The position numbers were made by a program, and so were the translations under genes. DNA of 64,000 nt. Source: Ptychomitrium polyphyllum. Taxonomy: Eukaryota. Each line of letters opens with the position of its first letter. The first letter of the stretch is position 1. The notes beneath the pieces were generated by a model. It was given only the letters and a program-made list of their open reading frames with translations, was not told where the DNA came from and made no database searches. The stretch covers positions 124,001-188,000 of the forward strand of contig OZ316775.1 in assembly GCA_973851085.1 (NCBI GenBank), read 5' to 3'. Shown here one piece after another: positions 1-11,799 of this stretch.

Positions 1-1690
1 TTGACTATTTTAAGAGAATATACTGATGAAAATCTTAAAAAGGGCTTCATTCAATAGTCTAAATCACTTGTTGAAGCACCTATTTTATTTTTAAAGAAGA
101 AAGATGGATCATTATATATATGCGTGGAATATGGAGGCCTCAATAAAATTACAAAAAAGAATTGCTATCCATTACCATTAATCTCAAGACTCCTATAGCA
201 ACTTGGCCAAGCAAAGATATTCACCAAAATTGATCTTAGAGAAGCTTACAATCTTGTATGCATCAAAAAAAGACACAAATGGAACACAAATTTTTAATCC
301 ATGTATGATTATTTTGAGTACAATGTCATGCCAATCTTCCAATACATGATGAATGATATCTTCCATGAACACTTGGACGATTTTGTAGTCATTTACTTGG
401 ATGGCATTTTGATATATTCAAAGAATGAATAAGACCACAAATATCATGTGCAATTGGTCTTAGAAAACTTACGCTAGCAATGATTATATGCAAAATTGAA
501 AAAGTACCTTTTTCACAAATCCTCGATTGAATTTATAAGCTACATCATTTCCAAAGGAGAAATCCATATGGATGAGAAGAAAATAAGCATTGTTATAGAG
601 TGGAATATGCTAAGATAAATTCAAGATATTCAATGATTCTTAGGATTTGCAAACTTCTACAAGATATTCATCAAGGACTATTCCATGATTGCAACACCAT
701 TAACACGGCTTATAAGGAAGCAAAAATTCACTTGGAATGAAGAGGCAGAAAAAAAATTTCAAGGTCTTAAAAAGCCATTCACATCGGCTCCAATCTTTAT
801 TCATCCAAATTCATTGAATTCTTTCTATTTGGAAGCGGATGCCTCAGATTTTGGGCTTGGCTTAGTATTCTCACAATACAATGAAGACAAGAGACTCCAT
901 CTTATTGTTTTTTGCTCAAGGAAGTTCTCAGCCGCAAAGATAAAACTATGATATATATGATAAGGAGTTACTTGCAATTGTAGAGGCATTTGAAGAATGG
1001 GGCACTTGTTAAAAGGAGCTCAACATACCATCACGATATAGACAAATTACAAGAACTTAGAATATTTCATAAAAGCGCGCATTCTAAATTGCCGCTAAGG
1101 AAGGTGAAAAATGTTACTTTCCAAATTTGAATTTATCATTACCTATCAACTTAGTAACCTACAAGGTAAGCTAGATGCCTTATCTCAAAGATTTTTTTTA
1201 GCTGCTCAACATGGAGATGATGTTTTGGTACAACAAAGGACTATTTTATTGAAGCCACAAAATCTTCAATTGAAAGCAACAATTATTACGATAATATTTT
1301 ATTTTGATGAAATTTGGAAGGCTTTGGAAAATGATGTTTTTGTTTCAAATATAAGGAAGCGCTCCAAAGACAACGGAGATCCTTCAAATAGCAATGAAGA
1401 CTTTGAATTCCAAAAGGGCCTATTTTATTATAAAAGACTTTTGTACCTACCTCCAAGTCTTATGCAATTGAAGATCTTTCAAGCACGTCATGATTTTTCA
1501 ACAACAAAGTATTTTGAATTCAATAAAACAATGGAATTGATTGCTAAAAACTAATAGTGGTCACAAATGTGAAAATACATAAAAGACTTTATTTGATCAT
1601 GCAACACCTACGCAAAGGCTAAGGTACCAAAACATCAACCTCATGATTTCCTCCATTCACTTCCAGTGCCAAAAAATCCATGGTTGTTTT
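1..1690 (+). mobile_element. Degenerate Ty3/gypsy (chromovirus-type) pol fragment: RT, RNase H and integrase N-terminal zinc-finger region
   Basis: Frames broken by stops and frameshifts still give recognisable motifs: [21 protein letters not shown] (YxDD), FLGFANFYKIFIKDYS, LEADASDFGLG (RNase H; ORF 685-951), KLDALS, FEFQKGLFYY, FEFNKTMELI and AKVPKHQPH. The homology breaks off at about 1690. Confidence 0.92.
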
Positions 1691-1734
1691 GCAATTACAA
1701 CAAGGTCAAGATTGGTACATAATTTATACAGATT

Positions 1735-2690
1735 TGTAAGATGTAGAATGGTTTCATTTTGTTGTTTTTGCTTTAAATTGATTAAAAATTAATATCATCA
1801 ATTGAAATTAGGCCTAAACAAGCCCAAGAGGCTTCATTTACAAAGTAATTATCTCTTAAGGAATTCAATAAGCAAATTAGGTAGTTATTAGATGTTAACA
1901 TCTGTTAGACTCAAAGAAATGGCTGAATTAGGAAAAAACAAACTATTTCTCCAACTTAGATTGATTTGTAGTTTTGAGTTAAATTGGAATTTAAATTATG
2001 TGACAATAGAGAAATTTTCCACTAATAAAAGAAGAACATGGCTTAATATAAAATAAAATAAAAAAAACTCCAATAAGTATTGAATTAGGAGTTTATAGTT
2101 AGATTAGGTGATAGTTAAGTATTAGTTAATTAAAGCTAAAAGGCCTTGAATTTTTAGCTAAAGTTGGTAGAGCAAGTTGCCACATGGCATGGCACCACTA
2201 GACAAAGTCTTATAATAGTTGGCACATGGCATGGCAACGCCCAATAAGATATTCCATAACTATTGGCACACGTTGAAGGAAAGAGACAAGATAAAAGAAA
2301 CTCTCTCTCCTTATCTTTCATTGGAAATTCTCATTCTTTTCTTGATTCTTGCCTGGTTTCTAAATTTTTTCTTCTCTTGCAATTTGTTATCCAAATTTCA
2401 TTATAGATTGAAGTAAAGGTTGCTTATAAATGGATTTTAGGAGATTTTGAATTTAAGTTGCTGATATAGGGTTTGGAAGCATGTATCTAGGATTTAAGTG
2501 GCAAAAACCACTAATTTAATAAGCCACAATAACACCCTAATCAATCCTTGAATTTTGATTTGGACATTCATTTCATTTCAAATTATGATAGACCTTATTG
2601 TTAACTTTCCAATACCATTTAAATCATGGAATTTGGATCTATAATGAATTAAAAATGAATTTTTGAAAGTCTTACTACACTATGGGAATT
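1735..2690 (+). repeat. LTR-like dispersed repeat (family C) interrupting the chromovirus integrase
   Basis: Begins TGTAAG. Clearly homologous to the reverse complement of ~52560-53432 (shared blocks tcattttgttgtttttgctttaaattgattaaaaa, ttggcac...gttgaaggaa...gataaaagaaactctc, catgtatcta.gatttaagtgg.aaaaaccact). More weakly homologous to ~61900-62016. The 3' end is approximate. Confidence 0.7.
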
Positions 2691-2914
2691 TAGGATGAAA
2701 TTATTTCTTGTAAATGATGGAATTTAGCTATTAAAGAAATAATATAAACAATTATATTGGACTACAAAACACAAATCTAAATGATTGACAATTTAAAAAA
2801 ATGATTATGTGAAACAATGTACCCTCCAATTAATAGAAGGTTTTATTAGGCTCATAAGATTGTCATCACAAGGACCATCTAAATTTCAAGGTTGAAGCAA
2901 TAACTAACCATGCA

Positions 2915-3200
2915 AATTCATCTAGTGTTCAACGTATTTTTGTAGGAAATTTATAGTAAGTTATATATACTAAAATGGTTGTTTTTCCGCTTCTTCTTGT
3001 AGAAATCAATAATAAAGTGGAGTATGAAGTCAAAAAGATTTTAAATTCACGCATAAAAAATGGATGTGTGGAGTACTTTATACATTGATAAGGATATGGC
3101 ATTAGTGATTAAATATGGGAATCATCAATGAACGTAATAAATGCATCTGACAAGGTACGCAAATTTCATCAAAGATATCCTCAAAAACTAGGTCACTGAT
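2915..3200 (+). mobile_element. Chromodomain-encoding 3' end of chromovirus integrase (degenerate)
   Basis: Translates as VEINNKVEYEVKKILNSRIKNGCVEYFIH*xGY...WE, followed by KVRKFHQRYPQKLGH*. Colinear with 62860-63145. Confidence 0.85.
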
Positions 3201-3614
3201 GACGTATTAGCAGTAGTTATTAGCTTTAAGGAAAATATTTTTTTGTAAACAAGTATAAAAAGCAGGGGAGAGATATTCAAACCTTCAATTATATGCAACT
3301 TCATTTTTAAGATAGACCATTTCTAAATCTTATTTAATATATCAAATCTTTGTATTAACATGGATATGCGTGAAGAGCAATTGGCTATGCCTACTTCAAC
3401 AGCAGCACCTGTTGAACCAATTCAACTTTCTCAAGCTTTAATATTGGAAGATCTAAGCCAAGAAATGAGAGAGATATTCCAACATTAAGTACGTCCTTAT
3501 GTAGAAATATTGGCTAGTTGCTCTTCACATTCCACTCTTGTTTCAGATGCTTCAGATCTAATCATTTTATTAGAAGTTGGAAGAGTCACTCATGGAGAAT
3601 TAGAGATCATGCTT

Positions 3615-4110
3615 TGTCGCGCACCTCTTCTTGAAGAGTGCCCACAACACTAAGAGGCACAAGGGGGACCCCGGAGTGACGTCCGAGACTTGTGGCGCCG
3701 ATAGTGAAGTGGCCCAAGTAGGCCTAGCGTGGGAAAGATTTCGATGGGGAGAAACATCCTTGTCCATATAGACCGAGGGCCATGAGGGATAAATTGTAGG
3801 CATTTAAGTACTCACGACGAGTTGATTCTAGAATGCTAAAGATTGTTCAAATTGAACAAGGGAGCTAAAAGATTTGGCATCCCAAAGTTGGGGCTGCTAA
3901 GGGGCTGTTCTGGACTGTGGCAGCCCTAGACAATGACTGTTTTGGACTCAAATTGTTCTGGGGGACTCTTCAGGAGTTTCGAACCTTAGGAGAGGCATAT
4001 CTCCTAGAATACTAAGGTAAATCGGACTTTTGAGGAGTTTATTGGCATCTACGCAAAGAATAGATGATGATAAAGTAATCGCTTAATAGATTCGGACACC
4101 AAATATGAAA
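3615..4110 (+). repeat. Truncated LTR (family A) inserted into the 3' region of the chromovirus relic
   Basis: Starts TGTCGCGCACC at 3615, exactly where homology to 63304-63555 stops. Homologous to the reverse complement of 13250-13770. The 3' end is approximate. Confidence 0.75.
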
Positions 4111-6149
4111 GATATGAAAGATTTTTCTTTTTATTGATGCAAAAGACAAAGAAGAAAGAACCAAGTTTTGCCACATTTTGTACAATTAGTTGGTGGATCT
4201 TCTTATAGAAACAAGATCCAAAAGTTGGTAAATCTTTCTATTTCTATATGCCTTTCAATGCTTGTTTACACTACCTCCCAACTTGCTAGTTATTTGAATT
4301 ATTAGCAACAAGCATTTAGACAAAAAGAAAATCAAAGGATGGCTTTTGCAAAAGCACGGATAAGATGGCATTGGGTGTTTTTTAAATAACCTCTTGAGAT
4401 TGATATGTTGGCCTTTTAGTAGAAGAATTGATCCAAAAGTTGATAATATTTCAACTATTGGATCCTTTTTTTAACACGTTTATACTACTTTATAATTGTT
4501 GGTTATTTAAATACTTGGCATAGAGGATTTAAACGTTCAAACAAATGGGTGGATTTGCTATTTGCTTAATGAGAGGACCAAAAAAAACATGGGGTGTGTT
4601 TTGCATTATGTCTTTAAATAAGTAGATTGGCATTTTAATAGAACTGCTAAGTTCAAAGTGCATAACGTTTTCAATTATTGTAGTCTTTTGTAGTATGTAT
4701 TTACACTACTTCCAGTTTGCTTATTATTTAAATTTGAGCCTCAAAAATTTAAATAAAAAATTAGTTGGATAGATCACAAACTTCAAGCCTACCAATGTTT
4801 ACTTGGATAATTAAAACCTTGAAATTAATTTCAAAGCATCAATGCTTTTTGGAACTCACAAGAATAGAATAACCATACTTATAAGAATTTACAATTACAA
4901 AATATGAACTTAATTCATGTATTCATAGAAGAAAGTGCAATTCAAAATCTAAGATATTTACACAACTTTACACTTCACTTCCATTACAAGTATTCCAAAA
5001 AAGTTCTATAAAATCTACAGTCATCCATAGTTATAAGCGTTTTGTCTATTCTAAAGTTAATAAAGATCTAGAAAAAAATTGCAATAAGTTATGCTCACTG
5101 CCCATTGCTCATAGCAATTGTCCACTTTTTTTCATATGATGACATTCTTGTTTGTTCTATTCAAGACCAATTCTTTCTTAAAAAAAAAGTACTTTTGAAA
5201 ATTTGTTCCTCTTCAAATATGCAAATACATTGTTATAATAAAGACATTGAAGGAGCAAGCAATTTTGAAAAACATTCATCTTAGTCTAAAAGCAAATTTG
5301 TCAATCTTGCTTATATATTAAAAAGGCTTTTCACCTTTGTGCTTTTAAAAATAGATGATTTAGCTTAGATTTTATATCAAAAAACAAAAATTAAGAAATT
5401 AAAGTTTTATACAGCAAAAAAATACTATAATTCTTTAAGAAGATTGCAAGATTGTTGAGCAATTTGATTTCTATAATCTAAAAATATCTACTTTCAAAAT
5501 AGTGAAGTTAACAAGATCAAGTGTGTGGTATTGTTAACTGTAGAAAAATTAGAATAGTTTTCAGCAATTGGTTATGTTGTTATTTAGTAACCAACTAAAC
5601 AGCATTTAACAACATAGAATAATATTTTTTATTATTCCACAATTAGTAGTCTTTAAACAAAATCCATAGATCTAATTTAGATTCTAATTCACATTTAAAA
5701 TCACTTCACACAAGAGAAAGATATGAAGACAATGTAAAAAATTATATTAGTAAATAGAATGTACAAAAAGTGAGACAACTATCAACAAGTTGCTAATAAA
5801 AAAAAGTGCATGCCATTTCTAAGATAGTTCTTGTTTATATACATTGAGTTAAGATTAAATATAAATTGTACATTTGACTTAACCTTAATTGTTGCCAAAT
5901 ATTAATCTAACTCAATTTGAAGGGAATTATCAAAATGAATTGTTGATCAATGACTAATTCCTTAATAAGTATGCACATCAATTCAAGGTATTAAAAACTA
6001 ACAATCTTAAGATGCATGCTAATAAATATATGGCCATGAAAAATCTTCATCACTTTAGTACTTAAAAAGAACATACTTACATTGTTAAAAGGTATACTTT
6101 GTATCTCCTCTACTTATAAATATTGTGCTCTCTTTTGTAGGTTATAACA

Positions 6150-6810
6150 ACTATGCATGTTGTAATTTGTAGATATGTCATAATCATAATGGATTTGTTA
6201 TTTTATTTTATTTTATTCAATAAATTTTTATATAATATAAGAGGCTTTTATTTTTAAAAATGTTCCAATATATGCCACTCAATAACAAGCTAGACCATTA
6301 CAATGAATTAATGGTAATAATCTTTTAGGTAAAAATTATTGGAAAAATTACCAAAGATCAATGATTTTTCATTTCTTGCATTGAGGTTGACCTATGTTAA
6401 AATACAAAGTCCTACAACTACTATTTTCTTTTCTTGGATTCTCTAAATTGGTAAAAAAACCATTGTAATAATAATATTATTAATTAATACTAGCTAACTT
6501 TATATAAAATAAATTAGAGCCATAATAAAAAGATGTCATATTCAAATTTAAGTATGTAGCCTTTGACATGTGATGAAATAACAATAATTGATTGTTAAAA
6601 TTGGATTTTTATACATGCCTTTTTTCCTAATTGATTGAAACAAGGTTTTTATTTTAATATCCTTGAAGCAAAGAATGGAAAGGAGTGCAAGTAAAAATTT
6701 AACCAAGGTGATTGTCAAGGCTTTTAATGCAAAGAAACATGTAAATAAATGTGATGTATTTCAAAAATTGCTATAATTTGGTAAAAAAGGTGTAAATGTC
6801 TTTTAGGTTA
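6150..6810 (+). mobile_element. hAT-superfamily (ZNF862-like) transposase pseudogene fragment
   Basis: Manual translation gives IFHFLH*G*PMLKYKVLQLLFSFL..KKH (6361-6465) and LTCDEITIIDC*NWIFIHAF...ILISLKQRMERSASKNLTKVIVKAF...KLL*FGKKGVNVF (6562-6805). This resembles the catalytic DE and 'FGADG' regions of ZNF862-type hAT transposases. No TIRs were identified. Confidence 0.65.
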
Positions 6811-7913
6811 ATATTTCATTTCATTAGCTTTATAAGTACTGATTATTTGATTCAAATTCTTCATTTTATGTTTTAAAATCTATATTTAAATAAATATCTA
6901 ATTCACATTTATTAATCATTTGTAATAGATTATTAACAATTTCTTATATATGATGAATCAATTGACATGTAATAAATGTTTGTATGGTAGGGCTCTTGCA
7001 CTGGTGTAACAATTCAAATAAAAGAACAATTAGATTTAAAAGTATTTGAAAGGAATACATTGTTGTGCACACACAAGAAATATGTAAAGATCCATTAATA
7101 ATCAATATTATTCCCCACAAAATAGGTGCTTTTAAAGTATAAGAACTTATTTGAGAAGATGGTGGAAGATTCAAATAAATCAAAGGTAGTACAAATCAAT
7201 ATGTGGTTGTTAGTATAATATTTCACTTTGTTTTATAATGTCCTATTTATTTTTCCTATTAAAGACTATAAAGCTTGTACAAAAATATTAGGCTACATGC
7301 TTTAAATTCAATATATTTTAAATGTGACTATGTATTGGTTTAATAATGTTGTGGATAATATTTAGAATAACCAATATCTATATATTGTTTTGACCATGTT
7401 CTAATTGTTTCTAATATTTTGCAAATAATCCTAAGTACTTTATTTTAGAAAAACATTCAGATCAATTTCTAACAAGTAATATTATGAATGCCATGAAATA
7501 TAATGTATACTTAATGTTGGATGTAAATTGATGTTGAAGCCAGCTTTGATAGACATTTGGCTATTATAAAGGCTTATCAACGAAGCTCAAGACTTGCTAA
7601 TAACAACCATGTTTTCATTCAAGTAAAAGGCTGAATCCACTTTCAGAATAACAGAGCTCATAACTCCAGCTACACGAAAATTGTACTACACAGTACGTGA
7701 TTTAGTGAGACTGAAGGTACCGCAGGCACATGATTAAAGGACATGATTAGTGAGATGACAACGTCCGCACAAAGCTTGGCAACATGCGGACTACAATGGA
7801 ATGAATCTACTCAATCAACAGATGTTTCAATCCAGGGAATCAGTCTAACCTTCTCTAGAAGATCGGTATCTCTTTATACAAATCCAATAAAACAGTTTAA
7901 AATACTACTCACT

Positions 7914-9475
7914 CTATGGTTGAAGAGGTTTCATCTGCACACTATCGGCATCGCCGTCCCGCGAAATAGGGTCGTAAACAGATCCAACACGTCTAATTCC
8001 AAACACTTTCGCCACAAGCGCAAACACCAACACTGAGAAGCACACTACGATGATGACATGGAAGTTGAATGCCAAGTTCATCAACGCTACAGCCCGGATT
8101 CTGGATACTTCCACATCGCAGACTGTGGATCCGTCAATTCCAGTTGGAAGGTCGAGCCTGTAATGACATCCTTCGGGAATGTAATCCTCAACGTAGAGGT
8201 AGAGTCCAATTTGGAATAACCACGTGCCTTGTAAGATTATCCCCATGCACAGAACCACATCAACGAGGAACAGCTTCGGCCGGAGAGCAAGAAGACCTGC
8301 CATCACCGATCGATATCTGACTTTAGCTATCTGCAAATGGAGCTGTACATTTACGCCCATCAAGACTAATCATCTCGGTCAGGAGATGGTAAGGTTCATG
8401 AAACTGCAACAATTAGAAATAAATTCTCCTTATAAGAAACTTTGAGTAAATGGTCAGTTGCTAAAACCAGCACAGAAGTCGTAACACAAAATGACCTAAA
8501 CACCCTAGCCATCCAGACAAGTGGGACTATTCTCAAGTATCATAAAGAATAATAGTGCTTGAAAGTTGATACCAAATCACATTAAGTACAAAACAAGAAA
8601 AATGAAAAAGGACTTTACGAAAATGCTCAAAACATCAAAAAAATGAAGAATGTTTACATCCTAACAGTTGGATGTGCAAGAGGTGCTTACACTCGCTTCG
8701 AACACATAACCTCAATTTTGACCTCAAGTAAGCACAGATTGTGGTTAAGCAAACGCTATGAGTTATCTAGAATCATCGAAAATGTTCAATAAATCTCAGC
8801 GTTCACTTGAGATCAAAGGGGAACATTTACATTGTCCTGATCTAAGTTTCAGATTCCAGAAGAAAAAATATAGACGGCGCCTACAGTGCTCATTCAATCG
8901 CAACCCTAAGGGGTTTCCATATCCACGTTCTAACACACAACGACAGATCGGGCAATAGCATTCATACCTGAAGTAACTGCACACAACCCAGCGATGTAGG
9001 CAAGCAGCAAGTTGCACTGGCTCTCCAACCCCTGGTTCCGAGCTGCTTCATGCGTCACCGAGAGACACTCCAACCCGAAGGCCATGCTGGCGAACAAAAA
9101 CGGCGTGTCTGAGGGGAAAGGCAAGGCGGTTGTGGTCTCGCTCAACAACACAACGACGGCGTATATCCAGAACATGATAAGCGTTGTAGAGTGCTCGAAG
9201 CTGGAGACTCTGTTCTTTGGAATGGCCCCATCCACGATCGCCTGAAAGTTGGTCGAGATCCCGAGCTCGTAGAAGACTGCCACCGGAATGAACACCACTA
9301 GCAAGTACAGCTCGATGTGCTTCCCACGATTCGGCAACCACGTCGCCGGATGCCACGCCCTGGCAGCATACTCCCGCGGCGCCTTCACGTAGTTGGTGAA
9401 CACTGACAGCAAATGCCACAGCCCCACCGCCACCAACACCACCGAGGGCGCGATGTGGCCCACGAGAGTCCCCAT
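7914..9475 (-). CDS. TMEM45 / DUF716 family multi-pass membrane protein, 2 exons (9475-8968, 8296-7914), 296 aa
   Basis: N-terminus MGTLVGHIAP...GLWHL, with FEHSTT, GLESQCNLLL, QGTWLFQIG..LY....PEGC and RAVALMNLAFNFH motifs typical of plant DUF716/TMEM45. Phase-1 intron CAG|GTATG...GCAG|GT. Spliced length is 891 nt = 297 codons. Confidence 0.9.
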
Positions 9476-11799
9476 CCCAGTAACAAACTCGGAAAAAAAC
9501 CCACTTCAGTGCCCCAGTGTGTTCCCCTTGCAAAGCTGCAAACCTGGACCTCCCTTACCACCCTCCCATACAACAAATGAGTTCCAAAGGCGCCACCTTA
9601 GTTCACATCACCATGTCAACTGCAACCACACACATCTATGGGTGCATCGACACAATCTGTTGATGGCACCCTCCCTCACTCACTCACTCACTCACTGCCG
9701 TGAGAGAAATGAATTGTGATGGATGGGACTGTGTCTAGATGGGGAAATTGGGTGCTGGCATGGGCTCAAGTGCATGGGAGCAGGCACTGGGGCGTGATCC
9801 TCATGGTTATGTACGGGCAAGTGCAAGTGCCAGAGAGCGAATCAAGAGCCTGTCATGGGTAGCGCCACTGAGTAGGCCACCAGGACCTCGAAACTAGAAT
9901 GTGGAGTGGTACAGCAGACGATGAAACCAGAATGTGGTTGCAAGTAGAGGGAGGCGAGGCCGAGCAGTACAGGTGATCTGGCGAGAGATGGCTCAGAGTG
10001 CTATCGTAAACCCTAGAGTGTGTCCATACGCCGTGGACTGTGACAGAAAAGCTCTGCGCTAGGCACTTGGGATAAAGCGTTCAAGTCCGCCCCCCGGTCT
10101 TCTAGGTCGTGCTCCGGAGTGGCTCACTTAGGTCAGGGGTCAGCCTTCCTTCCAGTCCTTCAAGTTCGCATTCACCAAGACGAAGATCCGGTCAAAAGTT
10201 TTATTTGTGAAATAAAATTCATTTCAAAGGCTTTTTGAAGTTGATTATTTAGACATTTTAAGTAGTAGATATGATATCTAGACCTTTATTATCTAAAATT
10301 GAGGTAGTACATCTTTACAATATTTTTGTTCATTAAATCTTATAATTTCAACATCAAGTTTTTGTGTTTTGATGAATGTTTTGAAGAAGTATGCAATCAA
10401 GTCTATTTCCAAGGTCATAAGGTTACTTTGTACTAATTTGCAATAATTCATAACTTTTATGTGGTTTTTTGTGGAAATACAATTTAAAACTTTCACTAAG
10501 AAAAAATCATAGTTAATTAGGGATTAAAGAGGAAACCAAATGTTTTGAATATAAACTCAAATAGAGCTTGGAATCTGATTACATATGATGTTTGTGGATC
10601 TAATTACAGCATGATGTTCCCGCAAGATTACAAACATGTTATACTTAATAAAATTAAATAGAATGCATAGAAGAATTTTTAGCAATCTTATAAATTATGA
10701 ATGTTGAAATTAGAATGTCTACATTATGCATTCATTTGCACACATGGATAATTGACATTAAAAAAAATGTTAAACTTGAATGCATTGATTCCTCATTTCT
10801 ATTTTATCATATTTAATACAATTTACATGATTTATTATTCAAATAAAAAGATATCAAAAATCAATACTTATAAATTATTATACTAGATTTGAATAATAAA
10901 GAATGTGATTTAAAATGTATTAAATATTTTAATGAACTATTGTAATAACATTATTAAAAAATAAAATAAGATATACTTTAAATTTATAATAATTATAAAT
11001 AACTAAATATTGGAATGAAATATACCAATTTGGCATCAAAATTTTGAATTTTTTTATAATAAATAGAATAGTTTTATTTTTCAAAATAATTTTTTTTTAA
11101 AATATATTTATTTATTCTACCTTTGAATAATATCTAAACGACATTGGCACAAATTATTATTTTAAATTTTAAAAGAAGCCTATATTTTACAATAAACAAC
11201 TACAAATGATTAAATAATTAAGGTTTATGGTTTTCAAAGATTATGTATACCATAATATTAATATAAAAATTGATTAGGCTTATTAGATAAATAACTAAAT
11301 ACGCAATATTTTTTTTTGTTCACTATTGGACTTTTATTTATTGGTATTACTACCAAATTTTTTTTGATTTGAATTGGCTAGGATCAACCTCATCCATTAG
11401 AATTCTTGATGAAATATAGGAATTGAAGAAATTATTTTTGAAATCCATTAGTTAATAAATTTTTTCTAGTTGAAAATAAAACATAGGAAATAGACAATAA
11501 AAGAAGATTTTGTCACAGATAGATTTAGATTTAGATTTAGATTTAGAATTTAAGTTTACTTTTAGGTATAGATTTATGTTAAAAATTTAATTTTGGAATT
11601 TATAATCAGCACTTAGGTCATGTGCAGGATAATATGTAAGGAATGTTGACAAAACAGTTAGTCTTGTCAATTTTTTTTATGCTTACTAATATTGTATTAA
11701 GCTGTGATTTCCATATTGTAATTCTTCTAATAAAAAAATTAAATGAAAGATTTGTGCATCCTTGATAGTTTGACAAAACTAACTTCTTGTGTTTGATAA

